The notes: generated by a model from the letters alone, not told the origin. 61,162 bases of DNA, filler included, from Deltaproteobacteria bacterium (GCA_016202395.1; 4 parts of 4 records of this genome joined end to end with filler, not necessarily neighbours in it), one strand, 5' to 3'. Shown: positions 36,638-47,228, counted from the first letter of the whole stretch. Program-made: numbers and translations.

Positions 36638-37405
36638 ATGAAAAAAGGTCTTGTTTTAGGATTTGTCATAATGTTGGGATGCTCACCGAGCGCGGAGAAT
36701 ATCGGAAAGGTATTAGAGGAAAATCCGGAGATCTTGGCCCGGGTGATTGAAAAACACCCCGATAAGATTATGGCAGCCCTCCAAAATGCGGCTCGCACGG
36801 CTCAAGAACAAGAGGGAAAGAAAGCGCAGCAAGAAGAAGAAGGGCGTGTGGCGCGTGAGTTGGAAAATCCGTTGCAACCGACTTTGAGTGACGATCGAGC
36901 CTCCAAAGGGAAAAAATCGGCTCCAATTACCGTTGTGGAATATTCCGATTTTCAATGCCCCTACTGTGCGCGAGGTTTTGCTACCGTTCAGGAGCTTTTG
37001 AAAGAGTATGGGAGCGACATCTATTTCGTCTACAAACACCTTCCTCTCTCATTCCATCCCATGGCGATGCCAGCGGCCAAGCGATTTGAGGCCATTGCCT
37101 TGCAAAGCGCCGAGAAGGCCTATCGTTTCCATGACGAGGTTTTCACAAATCAACAGCGTCTAGGCCAAGATGGAGAGAAATTCTTAGACGAGGCTGCCCG
37201 TAAAGCGGGAGCCGATATCGCTAGGATGAAGAAGGACATGGAATCGTCGCAGGTCGCGAGTCGGATCGAGGCAGATACGCAAGAGGCCCAAAAATTTGGA
37301 ATCTCAGGGACTCCTGGTTTTATCGTCAACGGCGTCTCCATTCGCGGAGCCTATCCGGTTTCTGCGTTCAAGGATATCATCGAGAAAACCCGCCATCGCG
37401 ATTAA
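36638..37405 (+). CDS. DsbA-family thiol-disulfide oxidoreductase lipoprotein
   Basis: MLGC lipobox; EYSDFQCPYC; GTPGF. Confidence 0.92.
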   Translation: MKKGLVLGFVIMLGCSPSAENIGKVLEENPEILARVIEKHPDKIMAALQNAARTAQEQEGKKAQQEEEGRVARELENPLQPTLSDDRASKGKKSAPITVVEYSDFQCPYCARGFATVQELLKEYGSDIYFVYKHLPLSFHPMAMPAAKRFEAIALQSAEKAYRFHDEVFTNQQRLGQDGEKFLDEAARKAGADIARMKKDMESSQVASRIEADTQEAQKFGISGTPGFIVNGVSIRGAYPVSAFKDIIEKTRHRD

Positions 37406-40400
37406 ACAGGTTTCTGGCGCTCAAAACGGGAGAGGAGGCTGTAGGCAGCCGGAACTACATAGAGGGTGAGGAGTGTTGAGAGAAGCACTCCGCCAATCAC
37501 GGCAATGGCCATCGGCGCACGAACCTCCGCCCCTGGGCCAAAACCGATCGCAGCAGGGATTGCAGCAGCCACGGTTGATAACGAAGTCATTAGAATCGGA
37601 CGAAGTCGGATGGGGCACGCCTTTTCTAAAGCGGCAGTAACGGGCATCCCTTCTTGTCTCATCTGATTCGTAAAATCAACGAGCAAAATCGAATTCTTCT
37701 TCACGATTCCCATGAGTAAAATCAATCCAATCATGCTATAGAGATTGAGCGAACTTCCAAAGACCCATAGCCCTATCAATGCTCCGGACAGGCTGAATGG
37801 CAGGGCTAGCAAAATTGTGAAGGGGTGGAGAAAGCTATTGAATTGGGAAGCGAGGATCATGTAAGAGACGATAATTCCAAGCCAAAGAGCAAAAATAAGA
37901 CCGTGGAACGATTCCTGAAAAGTCTGAGCAGAGCCACTGAATACAAGACGATAGCCTTCTGGCAGAATCTCTTTCCCCATGTCCTTCACTTTCCTTAACG
38001 CCTCCGTTTGCGATCCTCCCGTGGCAATATTCGAGAATATCTGAACGGCCCGTTCTCGATCTCTGCGAGTGATGGTTAAAAGGGTGGGCTTTTCGGTTAG
38101 GGTTGTCACTTCGGAAAGAGGGACGAGTTCTCCCAGATTATTTCGGACATGAAGAGCTTGAATCTGCTCCGCCCGGATTCGTTCCTCCGCCTTGAGTTGC
38201 ACCCGAATGTCGTTTCTTCGCCCCCCCTCCGTAAATTTCCCAACGCGAATTCCCCCCACTGCGGCGTTGATCACTTGAGCGATGGTCTCTACACTCACGC
38301 CTCGTCGGGCAGCCTCTTCGCGATGGGGGCGAACTTGGATCTCCGGCATGTCGGTTTGGTAATCGGTATCGATATCGAGAAAAATAGAATCCGCCTCCAT
38401 TTTCCCTTGGATCGCTTGAGAATACTCCACAATCTTTTCCCAGTCGGGCCCTCGAATCGTAAATTCCACGGGAAAGCCTCGCCGAGCCGTAAATCCGCGA
38501 GTCGAAAGATCTTGGACGAAGGCTTTGGTATCCGGAATCTGAGCCAACTCTTTTCGAATCATGTCCATAAACTCTTGTTGAGAAAGTTTTCGTTCTTTTT
38601 TCGGCTGGAGTGTGACGAAAAGCATCCCGGTGTTGACTTCTCCCCCTCCAAAACCTCCGACTGCGGCGAAATAACGATTCACCTCGGGTCGATCCTTGAC
38701 CAAACTCTCTGCTTGTCGGAAACGATTGTCTGTAAAGGCCAGAGACGAGCCCGCCGGCGTCTGAAGTCGAACAAGAATCATCGATTGATCTTGGGAGGGG
38801 ACAAACTCTTTTCTTAAAAAGAATAGGCAAGCCAGAGAGGCGGCAAAAAGCGTCACAGAGAAAAAGATTACTTTCCATCGGTGCTTTAAGGCCAAAGATA
38901 AACTCTTCTCGTAGCCTTCTGAGAGTTTATCAAACAAGCGATCCATTTTTTGTCCCAAACGAGATCTCCTTTTTCCCACGGAGACGAATTGTGAGGCGCG
39001 CATCGGCGTGAGTGTCAACGCTTCTAGCAATGAAAGTAGGACCGCCACCGACATCGTCACGCCAAATTGGAAGAAGAATTTTCCGATGATGCCGCTCATA
39101 AAAGCGACGGGCAAAAAGATGGCAACAACGGCTAACGTTGCAGCGACGGCGGCAAAGGTAATCTGTCTGGCCCCCTTCAGGGCCGCGGTCACTCGATTCT
39201 CCCCCATCTCCTGGTGGCGAACAATATTTTCTAGAACCATGATGGCATCATCCACCACGATTCCCACAGCCAGAATCAATCCGAGCACCGTAAAATTATT
39301 GAGTGTAAATCCAGCAAAATAAAGGACCAAAAAAGTTCCCACGATCGAGGTAGGGATGGCGAGCCAGATATTCAATGTGCTTGTAAACGATCCTAAAAAG
39401 GCCCAGCAGACCAAGCCGGTGAGGATTGCGGAAAGGATCAAAGTGAAATTGAGCTCTCTTACGGACTCTTCAATAAAACGGGTGCTGTCGAAATTGATTC
39501 CAATTTCCAGTCCGGAAGGAAGATCGCTTCGCAATGCCTCAACCTTTTGTCGCACATTGCGGGCGACGGCCACCGCGTTGGCCCCTCGCTGTTTTCGAAC
39601 GCCGAGCCCGATCGCCATTTTTCCGTTCACACGCGAGATCCTTCGAAAGTCACTCATCCCGAGTTCCACTTCAGCGATCTCTCGCAGAGAGATCGGCTTG
39701 TAAATCGGCTGGCCTCCTCGTCGGAGAATCAAGATCTTGCCAAAATCTTCAGGGGTTGTGACCTCTCCCATGGCTCGGACATTGAATTCCTTTTCGGATG
39801 TTTCAATTCGTCCCGCAGGCATCTCAACGTGCTCCCGTTCTATGGCCGTGATGACATCTTCCACGGTAAGTTCATAGGCGAAGAGTTTTTTGGGATCGAT
39901 CCAGATTCGGAGATTCGGTTCTAGAAATCCTCCTAGGAATACTTCCCCAACACCCGAGACTGTTTGAAGCTGATCTTTGAGATAGTTTTGAGTGTAGGTC
40001 ATCAGCTCTCGAACAGGTCGGTCTCCCGAAAGGCCAATCCATAGAATGGGTTGGTCCTCCGGATTGGTTTTGGTGACAACGGGAGGTTCCATATCGTTCG
40101 GGAGTCGAGACTGTGATTGAGAGATCTTCGTCTGAACCTCTTGGAGAGCGGCATCGATATCTCGCTCTAACTCAAATTCCACAGTAAGGACAGCCTCCCC
40201 TTGACGACAGGAGGTATTAATCTCTCGAATCCCCTCGAGCGTCGTTAAAGCCTCTTCCACGACATCGGCCACATCGGTCTCCATAATCTCGGGGGCGGCT
40301 CCCTCTAACGACAGATGAACGGCGATCACAGGGAAATCGACGTCGGGCATCTCGGAGATCCCCATACGAGAGAATCCGATGGCGCCAAACAGGATGAGAG

Positions 40401-40458
40401 CGACCATCAACATCCACGCAAAAACCGGCCGACGTATGGAAAGATCCGATAATGTCAT
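37402..40458 (-). CDS. RND (AcrB-type) efflux permease
   Basis: SIRRPVFA, GIVVDDAI, VKKNSILLVDF and RLRPILMT motifs; the ORF-track extension to 40497 is REP-derived. Confidence 0.95.
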   Translation of the reverse strand: MTLSDLSIRRPVFAWMLMVALILFGAIGFSRMGISEMPDVDFPVIAVHLSLEGAAPEIMETDVADVVEEALTTLEGIREINTSCRQGEAVLTVEFELERDIDAALQEVQTKISQSQSRLPNDMEPPVVTKTNPEDQPILWIGLSGDRPVRELMTYTQNYLKDQLQTVSGVGEVFLGGFLEPNLRIWIDPKKLFAYELTVEDVITAIEREHVEMPAGRIETSEKEFNVRAMGEVTTPEDFGKILILRRGGQPIYKPISLREIAEVELGMSDFRRISRVNGKMAIGLGVRKQRGANAVAVARNVRQKVEALRSDLPSGLEIGINFDSTRFIEESVRELNFTLILSAILTGLVCWAFLGSFTSTLNIWLAIPTSIVGTFLVLYFAGFTLNNFTVLGLILAVGIVVDDAIMVLENIVRHQEMGENRVTAALKGARQITFAAVAATLAVVAIFLPVAFMSGIIGKFFFQFGVTMSVAVLLSLLEALTLTPMRASQFVSVGKRRSRLGQKMDRLFDKLSEGYEKSLSLALKHRWKVIFFSVTLFAASLACLFFLRKEFVPSQDQSMILVRLQTPAGSSLAFTDNRFRQAESLVKDRPEVNRYFAAVGGFGGGEVNTGMLFVTLQPKKERKLSQQEFMDMIRKELAQIPDTKAFVQDLSTRGFTARRGFPVEFTIRGPDWEKIVEYSQAIQGKMEADSIFLDIDTDYQTDMPEIQVRPHREEAARRGVSVETIAQVINAAVGGIRVGKFTEGGRRNDIRVQLKAEERIRAEQIQALHVRNNLGELVPLSEVTTLTEKPTLLTITRRDRERAVQIFSNIATGGSQTEALRKVKDMGKEILPEGYRLVFSGSAQTFQESFHGLIFALWLGIIVSYMILASQFNSFLHPFTILLALPFSLSGALIGLWVFGSSLNLYSMIGLILLMGIVKKNSILLVDFTNQMRQEGMPVTAALEKACPIRLRPILMTSLSTVAAAIPAAIGFGPGAEVRAPMAIAVIGGVLLSTLLTLYVVPAAYSLLSRFERQKPV

Positions 40459-40469
40459 AATCTCTTTGC

Positions 40470-40564
40470 TGTCATTCCCGTGCAAACGGGAATCCATGTC
40501 ATTCCCACGGAAGTGGGAATCCAGTCTATCGAAAGAACTGGATCCCCGCTTTCGCGGGGATGAC
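40470..40564. repeat. Cluster of three family-A REP palindromes
   Basis: gtcattcccgtgcaaacgggaatcca, gtcattcccacggaagtgggaatccag, and inverted ctggatccccgctttcgcggggatgac. Confidence 0.92.
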
Positions 40565-40569
40565 GCTCC

Positions 40570-41829
40570 TTATAGGACTTCTCCTGTGGCTACTTTCAAT
40601 TGTAAATAATCGAGTTTCGTTTGAAAAAAAGCTCCATTCCATTCTCGTTGACGCTCTTGCCAATCCCGCAAAGCTTGTAAAACATCGAGATTATTCACCC
40701 ATCCATCGCGATATTCTTTGACATGAGATTGATAATCGGACGCCGCATAGGATTCCGATTCTTCTAAGGATTTTTTGAGAGCTTCGGAGGCGGTCCAATT
40801 ATTGTAAACCTGCCGCACTTCGAGATCGCCTCGGCGCAAAGCCTCTCTTCGAGCGAGCTCTGCCTGACGCAGTGTGGCCTGCGCTTCCCGAATCCTCCCT
40901 TTAATTTCCCCTCCATAGTAAAGTGGGAGATTCAGGCTCAATGTTACGTCCCAATCAATATCCTCCCAGAATCCCACGCGGTACAAATAATAGTTTCCTC
41001 CCAAGTCCACCGTGGGCCAGCGAGCCCCTTTTTCGTAGAGGAGCCGTCCTTGAGCGATCTCCACCTCCTGCTCGATGGCTTGGAGATCGGAACGAAAAGG
41101 GAGAGGGGCCAAAAAACTCTCCGCAGAAGGGATTTCTGCGGGGGTTGTGATTTCATCGACCAGTGGCTCATCGGTTTCTTTGCCTCGGAAGAAAGAAAGA
41201 AGATCCCGCGCAGACTGGGCGAGCCCCCGAGTTTTTTCTATCTCTCCTTTCGTTCGGGCCAGTTCCGAGCGGATGGAAAGGATTTCGCTCTCACGAGATT
41301 TTCCGAGCCGGATCCGTTCCTGGAGCTCTTGCAATCGTTGATGGAGAGTTTGCTGGATTTCATTGAGAATCTCTAAATCCTTTTCAAGTTTGAGGGTCGT
41401 GATATAGGCTTGGGCCACATCGAGATAGAGAAGTTGGGTGGCTCGGTCTTTTTCGAGAGAGGTTCTTTTTTCTTCAGCGTGGGCGATTTTGAGAGATTGA
41501 AATTCTCGCAGCCCTTGGAAGAGAGGTTGCGTTACAGTTATGGCCGCCTCCGGAGTGCTCGATCGAGTGAACGTCGAGCTCACCGTACCGTTGGAGCCAT
41601 CATTTACCGTGTCTTGAAAACGATTCGAGGCCTGGAGCGCGAGATGAGGAAGAACGCTGCCGAGCGCTTGTTGGTACTGAGCCTGCGCGATTCGGATCGA
41701 TTCGTCTTGAATGGCAAGGCTTTCGCTTTGTTCGAGAGTTTCCTGAAAACATTGTTCCAGCGTAAGAGAGGCCTCCTCCGCTTTCGCTGTGGCAGCAAAA
41801 AATATCAAAAGCCACGCCCATCGTTTCAT
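40570..41829 (-). CDS. TolC-family outer membrane efflux protein
   Basis: Signal peptide; P-containing OEP repeats; position upstream of the RND permease. Confidence 0.9.
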   Translation of the reverse strand: MKRWAWLLIFFAATAKAEEASLTLEQCFQETLEQSESLAIQDESIRIAQAQYQQALGSVLPHLALQASNRFQDTVNDGSNGTVSSTFTRSSTPEAAITVTQPLFQGLREFQSLKIAHAEEKRTSLEKDRATQLLYLDVAQAYITTLKLEKDLEILNEIQQTLHQRLQELQERIRLGKSRESEILSIRSELARTKGEIEKTRGLAQSARDLLSFFRGKETDEPLVDEITTPAEIPSAESFLAPLPFRSDLQAIEQEVEIAQGRLLYEKGARWPTVDLGGNYYLYRVGFWEDIDWDVTLSLNLPLYYGGEIKGRIREAQATLRQAELARREALRRGDLEVRQVYNNWTASEALKKSLEESESYAASDYQSHVKEYRDGWVNNLDVLQALRDWQERQREWNGAFFQTKLDYLQLKVATGEVL

Positions 41830-41881
41830 GGCCTAGATCATTCCTTACCGCCCCTGTCCTGTCAAGTTCCACAATTTTCTG

Positions 41882-41919
41882 GTCATTGCGACCCCGCCAA
41901 CGGCGGGGGAAGCAATCTC
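41882..41919 (+). repeat. GTCATTGCG..GCAATC-type REP (family E)
   Basis: gtcattgcgaccccgccaacggcgggggaagcaatctc; related to 51988-52067. Confidence 0.75.
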
Positions 41920-41978
41920 CTTGCATTATAGAAAAAGGAAAGTGTAATAGCGGAGCCGGATCCCATCCTCATACTTCA

Positions 41979-43151
41979 TCAATCCATGTCATCAGCTAAA
42001 AATGGTTCGTCCGACAAGCGAATGCTTCCCCAGTTCCTTTGTCGTTGGATATAATCGGGCTGTCGCATAGTCCCTCTAGGTCCTCCGAAGTATTCTACAT
42101 CACTGGGAGAGAGACTTCTCTCTCGTGAGAGCAGCTCTGCTGGATTTGAGCTTTCAAGGTACGCTTCTTCTGGAATTGGAATCCCTGATAATTTTTCCGC
42201 AGCTTTTGCTGCTAAATATCGATGGCGGCTTAGGACCACTCTTTCACCTGTTTCCTCTATTCTGTACACAAGAACAGGGCTTCTCTGCCAGTCCCATTCT
42301 CTACGCAGCATTTCTAATGTAAATCGAGCAATCTTGCCTCGGTGCACGGGCCATCCTGTTTCTCCCGTAAACGGCGCTAGGTCTTGTTCACTAAAAAAAT
42401 TTGTAACAGGTTCACCTAAGTTGCCGAGTTTTACTTCTATTTCTTTTACTGAAGGCTCAGCCGGTGGATTTGTTTCGGAGCCTTCAGAGCTTGCCATCTG
42501 AGATGCTGCCCATGCGGCTGCTGCGGCACTTCCAACGAGAATCCCTGCTTTAGCGAGCCCCCCGAGGCTAATCTTTGAGCCGGCCACTATAGCCGGACCA
42601 CATCCAATCCCCGTATAACATCCCGCAACAACCACCACTCCTGCGGCCAAAAGAGTTCCTCCTACTACCGCATAGGCGGTGGGACCGGGGCCATTACGAT
42701 TAGAGAGATCGGGGAGGTCGCCTGGCCCAAAATTAACAGGATGATATTTCTTTTCTCGTTCATCCCTTCCGGAAGGATCGATGAGCCGGATAGGATTATT
42801 CGAAACGTAGCTGTAGGGAAGATTTTCCAAAACGGGATCGCGGGAAGTAAATCGGCTCAAAGTAAAATCGTAATATCGGGCGCCGTAGTAGTGGAGAGCG
42901 GATTCGGGATCGAGTTCTTGGCCGGTGTAGAGATGGTTTGTTGGGAGATTGCTGGCAGTTTCTTGGATGAGTTCTCCGAAAGGGGAGTAAGAGACAGATT
43001 CGATAACATCCCCATTTTGATCTGTAGTTAAATTTACGGAACCCAGATGATCCCCATAAGAATAGAGAACGCCGCCGTTCGCTGGCACGATGTTGGCCAA
43101 GACAGCCAGCCCCATTAAAAACAACAACTGAAATTTTCCTTTATAAATCAA
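41979..43151 (-). CDS. Mini-Rhs 2: signal peptide + RHS core + hydrophobic region + ParB-like C-terminus
   Basis: ..IVPANG|GVLYSYGDHLGS..SPFGE..YTGQELD..YYGARYYD..RFTSRDP..DPSGR; RBS GAGGAG before TTG. Confidence 0.9.
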   Translation of the reverse strand: MIYKGKFQLLFLMGLAVLANIVPANGGVLYSYGDHLGSVNLTTDQNGDVIESVSYSPFGELIQETASNLPTNHLYTGQELDPESALHYYGARYYDFTLSRFTSRDPVLENLPYSYVSNNPIRLIDPSGRDEREKKYHPVNFGPGDLPDLSNRNGPGPTAYAVVGGTLLAAGVVVVAGCYTGIGCGPAIVAGSKISLGGLAKAGILVGSAAAAAWAASQMASSEGSETNPPAEPSVKEIEVKLGNLGEPVTNFFSEQDLAPFTGETGWPVHRGKIARFTLEMLRREWDWQRSPVLVYRIEETGERVVLSRHRYLAAKAAEKLSGIPIPEEAYLESSNPAELLSRERSLSPSDVEYFGGPRGTMRQPDYIQRQRNWGSIRLSDEPFLADDMD

Positions 43152-43269
43152 GACTTAACTCCTCACGGCCCCATTAGCGCGGGTGAACTCTCCATTATGT
43201 AGCATTTTGACCCATCAAAAACAAGGCAAGTTGTCGAATCGAAACGGTTATGTTATACCTCCGCCCGTG

Positions 43270-43677
43270 ATGAAAAGGCGATATACCGACGAGCAGTCTC
43301 GGGCTGGGATCCAAACCAAACTTCCATCCATTGAAACGTGGCCAAATCAATATCGAGGCTACACCATTACGATCGCGGTCCCCGAATTTACCTCGGTTTG
43401 TCCCAAAACCGGCTTGCCCGACTTTGGAACGATCACCTTGGAGTATCAACCGGACAGATACTGTTTGGAGTTGAAGTCCTTTAAAGAGTATCTGCTCGCC
43501 TATCGGAACCTTGGTATTTTTTACGAAAACGGGGTGAATCGAGTGTTGGAAGACGTGGTGAGGGCTTGTAAGCCAGTTTATGCCGTTGTTCGTGGGGAAT
43601 TTCGCCCTCGGGGAGGGATTTCAGCGGTTGTGGAAGCTCGCTATCCAAAAAAGTATAAAAAAAGACTTGCATTCTGA
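43270..43677 (+). CDS. queF: preQ0 reductase (type I)
   Basis: PEFTSVCPKTGLPDFG, LELKSFKEY and RGGI motifs. Confidence 0.94.
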   Translation: MKRRYTDEQSRAGIQTKLPSIETWPNQYRGYTITIAVPEFTSVCPKTGLPDFGTITLEYQPDRYCLELKSFKEYLLAYRNLGIFYENGVNRVLEDVVRACKPVYAVVRGEFRPRGGISAVVEARYPKKYKKRLAF

Positions 43678-43719
43678 AAATTCTTTTATTAACTTATACC
43701 CCCTTAACTTTAGATAAAC

Positions 43720-44244
43720 ATGGCAGCCCGAATTTTCGCTCTCTTGAGCGTCACAGTTTTTTTGAGTATAGCGTTGTTTCTAGGATGTCAGAAGCTCGGC
43801 GGCTCGGGTCCCATCCAGCAGCCGATCGCTTTTAGCCATAAGATTCATGCGGGAGATAACCAGATCCCTTGTCTTTACTGTCACACCTACGCGGATCGCT
43901 CGCAAGTGGCGGGGATTCCAGCCGTAGAAACTTGTATGGGATGTCATAAAATTGTCGGTCTGGGTAAACCAGAGGTCCAAAAGGTTCATGACTATTGGAA
44001 CAAAAAAGAGCCCATTCCGTGGAAGCGAGTTCATGATCTCCAAGATTTTGTTTACTTCTCTCATAAACGGCATGTGAAAGCGGGGGTGGCTTGCGAGAAC
44101 TGTCATGGGCAGATTGCGCAAATGGATGTAGTGGAGCAGGTTTCGTCATTGAAAATGGGGTGGTGTGTGACGTGCCATGAGAGTCGCGCTAAGGATAAAG
44201 AGCAGCTAACGGTGCTGAAGGATTGCGCCACGTGTCACAAATAG
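43720..44244 (+). CDS. actA: Alternative complex III pentaheme cytochrome c
   Basis: QPIAFSHKIH; five CxxCH motifs. Confidence 0.92.
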   Translation: MAARIFALLSVTVFLSIALFLGCQKLGGSGPIQQPIAFSHKIHAGDNQIPCLYCHTYADRSQVAGIPAVETCMGCHKIVGLGKPEVQKVHDYWNKKEPIPWKRVHDLQDFVYFSHKRHVKAGVACENCHGQIAQMDVVEQVSSLKMGWCVTCHESRAKDKEQLTVLKDCATCHK

Positions 44245-44252
44245 GAAAGAGC

Positions 44253-47228
44253 ATGCAAGTTACACGACGTGATTTTATGAAAATCTTGGGGGCAACGGGG
44301 GCCGGTGTTGCGGCAACCTCGTGCGGCGCCAAACTCGACAAAACTCCCATTGAAGAGATTATCCCCTACGTTGTCCCTGAAGAGGATGTTGTTCCTGGCA
44401 TCGCGACCTATTACAGCAGCGTTTGCCGTGAATGCCCTGCCGGCTGCGGTTTAGTGGTTCGGACTCGAGAGGGGCGGGCCGTTAAGTTAGAGGGGAATCC
44501 AAATCATCCTATTAACAAAGGATCTCTCTGTGTGCGCGGGCAAGCGGGGCTTCAAGGGCTTTACAATCCAGACCGAATTAAAGGGCCTCATAGAAAAAAT
44601 GAGGTGGGGGAATGGGTTTCCATCACTTGGGAAGAGGCTCAAGGTCTCCTCGTTGAAAAACTGAAAGAGGTTTTGGCCCAAGGGGAGCGGCAAAGGGTTT
44701 CATTTCTCACAGGGAACATCAGCGGAAATTTAGACTCTCTGATCGATTCATGGCTCAAGATCTTCCGTTCCGAAAATCGCATTGTCTATGAGCCGTTCTC
44801 CTACGAAAGTATGAAGAAAGCGGGAGAGATCGTTTTTGGTGTGGAGGCAGTTCCGACTTTCCATATCGAGAACTCCGATTTTCTCTTGTCTTTTGGCGCC
44901 GATTTTATGGAGACATGGCTCTCCCCCGTTCAGTACGCCAAAGGGTTTGCTGAGATGCATCGGCCTAAGAAAGAAGGGGGCCAAGGAAGACAGATGGGGA
45001 AATTTGTTCAGGTCGAGCCTCGTCGTTCCATGACCGGCGCGAATGCCGATTTGTGGGTTTCTGTGAAGCCAGGGACTGAGCCGTTTTTCGCCTTGGGGGT
45101 TTTGAATGAGGCGCTTCTCCATCTTTGGAAAAAGGAGGGGGGAGACGCCCGCAAGGCGATGCTTCGTTCGTGGTTGAGCTATCAAGGGATCACCACACCC
45201 AAGGTTGCGGAGCTTACCGGTGTTGAAGAAATGACGATTAAGACGATTGGGAGGGAGTTTGCGTCAGCTAAACGCCCGCTGGCCATTGGAAGTGGAGTGG
45301 CTGGGAGCGGCACTAACGCGACAGCGACGTGGGTGGCCGCCTACCTCTTGACCGCCATCACAGGAAGCATGGGGAAAACGGTCGATTGGGGTCGAGTCCA
45401 AAATGTGGATCGCCTCACCCCTTTCACTCAGGTTGTGAGTTGGGTGGAGAGATTGAAAAAAGGGGAGGTGGATGTTCTTCTCGTTCATCAAGCCAATCCT
45501 GCCTACACCTTGCCAAAGTCGGCTGGATTCTCTGAGGCGTTAAAGAAGGTCCCCTTTGTAGTCAGCTTCTCTAGCTTTTGGGATGAGACGACAACGCAGG
45601 CCCATCTTGTTTTGCCCGATCATCATCCGTTAGAAAGCTTTGGGGACTATTCTCCTCAAACGGGAATCCATGGCCTTTATCAACCTACGATGCGTCCGAT
45701 TTTCAAAACTCAACCGATGGGTGACACACTCCTCTCTGTGGCGGCAGCGTTCCCTTCCAATCCATTCAAAGAGGGTCGCTATCTCGATTATCTGAAAAGC
45801 TCTTGGAGCGCGTTGTATCCAAAAGGTGGACAGAATGGGTCGTTGGAATCGTTTTGGCAAGAATCGTTGAGAAAAGGGGGGTATTGGCAAGAAACCCACT
45901 CCAAGGAGGTTTCTATCTCGAATCGATTGTTTACGTTTAAGGTGAAAGAACCGGTGTTAGAAGGGGATGGGGAATATCGTCTCGTGGTTTATCCTTCCGT
46001 GAAATTCTATGAGGGGCGAGGTGCCAACAAACCTTGGCTTCAAGAGATTCCGGATCCGGTGACCAAGGTGGTTTGGAATTCTTATGTGGAGATCCATCCG
46101 GAGGTTGCTGAAAAATTAGAGGTTCGACATGGATCGGTGGTGGAGCTCCGTTTGGGAGAGAGTTCGTTGAAGGGGCCGGTGTTGCTCAACCCATGGATCC
46201 AAAAAGAGACCATCGCTATTCCGTTGGGTCAGGGGCATGAAGAGTACGGTCGCTATGCCCAAGGGAGGGGTTTTAATCCCCTTTCCATTCTACCACTGCA
46301 GGTGGAGACAGTTTCAGGAGGGTTTGCCTGGACCTCCAGTCGTGTTCGAATGGCGCCGACAGGGGAGAGAGTTTTGCTTGTCAAAACCTCAGGGAGCATC
46401 GACGATCGGAATCGCGATATTGCGGGGCTTGTCTCTTTTGAAGATCTGAAAGCGGGGAGTGTGCATCGTGAAGAGGAAGAGATTCAAGACAAGCTCCTCT
46501 ACGATGAGAGCTGGCGTCATGAAAAAGGGATTCGTTGGGCTATGGCGATTGATTCTTCCAGTTGCACCGGTTGCTCGGCTTGTGTGGCCGCCTGCTATGC
46601 GGAGAATAATGTTCCGATCGTGGGGGAGCAAGAGTGTGCCAAGGGACGGGAGATGGCTTGGATTCGGATTGAAACCTACGAGGAACCCTCTACGAAGGGG
46701 ACGCATCCTGTTAACGTTCCGATGATGTGTCAACAGTGTGGCAATGCTCCGTGTGAATCGGTTTGCCCCGTTTACGCCACGTACCACAACTACGAGGGAT
46801 TGAACATCCAGGTTTACAACCGTTGCGTGGGGACTCGTTATTGCAGCAACAACTGCCCCTACAAAGTTCGCCGGTTCAATTGGTTTGCGTACAAGTTTCC
46901 GGACACCTTTAATTTGCAGTTGAATCCCGATGTGACGGTTCGAGACAAAGGGGTCATGGAGAAGTGCACTTTTTGCATCCAGAGGATTCGGGAGGTCAAG
47001 GACCATGCGAAGGATGAAGGGCGTCTCCCGCGGGACGGCGAGATTGTTCCGGCGTGCGCTCAAACGTGCCCAACAAACGCTATCGTGTTTGGAGATTTGA
47101 ACGATCCCAATAGCAAGGTTTCTCGGTTGTCTCGAAGCGAGCGCGGCTATCACGCGATAGAGTCCATTAATACAAAGACGGCAGTCACTTATTTAAAGAA
47201 GGTTCATAACGGTTTGAGGACAGCATAA
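44253..47228 (+). CDS. actB: Alternative complex III molybdopterin-oxidoreductase-like / Fe-S subunit
   Basis: Tat motif TRRDFMK; C-terminal ferredoxin motifs CTGCSACVAAC, CQQC, CVGTRYC and MEKCTFC. Confidence 0.92.
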   Translation: MQVTRRDFMKILGATGAGVAATSCGAKLDKTPIEEIIPYVVPEEDVVPGIATYYSSVCRECPAGCGLVVRTREGRAVKLEGNPNHPINKGSLCVRGQAGLQGLYNPDRIKGPHRKNEVGEWVSITWEEAQGLLVEKLKEVLAQGERQRVSFLTGNISGNLDSLIDSWLKIFRSENRIVYEPFSYESMKKAGEIVFGVEAVPTFHIENSDFLLSFGADFMETWLSPVQYAKGFAEMHRPKKEGGQGRQMGKFVQVEPRRSMTGANADLWVSVKPGTEPFFALGVLNEALLHLWKKEGGDARKAMLRSWLSYQGITTPKVAELTGVEEMTIKTIGREFASAKRPLAIGSGVAGSGTNATATWVAAYLLTAITGSMGKTVDWGRVQNVDRLTPFTQVVSWVERLKKGEVDVLLVHQANPAYTLPKSAGFSEALKKVPFVVSFSSFWDETTTQAHLVLPDHHPLESFGDYSPQTGIHGLYQPTMRPIFKTQPMGDTLLSVAAAFPSNPFKEGRYLDYLKSSWSALYPKGGQNGSLESFWQESLRKGGYWQETHSKEVSISNRLFTFKVKEPVLEGDGEYRLVVYPSVKFYEGRGANKPWLQEIPDPVTKVVWNSYVEIHPEVAEKLEVRHGSVVELRLGESSLKGPVLLNPWIQKETIAIPLGQGHEEYGRYAQGRGFNPLSILPLQVETVSGGFAWTSSRVRMAPTGERVLLVKTSGSIDDRNRDIAGLVSFEDLKAGSVHREEEEIQDKLLYDESWRHEKGIRWAMAIDSSSCTGCSACVAACYAENNVPIVGEQECAKGREMAWIRIETYEEPSTKGTHPVNVPMMCQQCGNAPCESVCPVYATYHNYEGLNIQVYNRCVGTRYCSNNCPYKVRRFNWFAYKFPDTFNLQLNPDVTVRDKGVMEKCTFCIQRIREVKDHAKDEGRLPRDGEIVPACAQTCPTNAIVFGDLNDPNSKVSRLSRSERGYHAIESINTKTAVTYLKKVHNGLRTA

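Noticed and set aside
40459-40497. N-terminal extension MDSRLHGNDSKEI of the RND permease
   Set aside because: It is a translated REP; the family-typical start is MTLSDLSIRRP at 40458.
46389-47153. Long antisense ORFs (also 35042-35848 and 38138-38878)
   Set aside because: Antisense or alternative-frame shadows of conserved genes.
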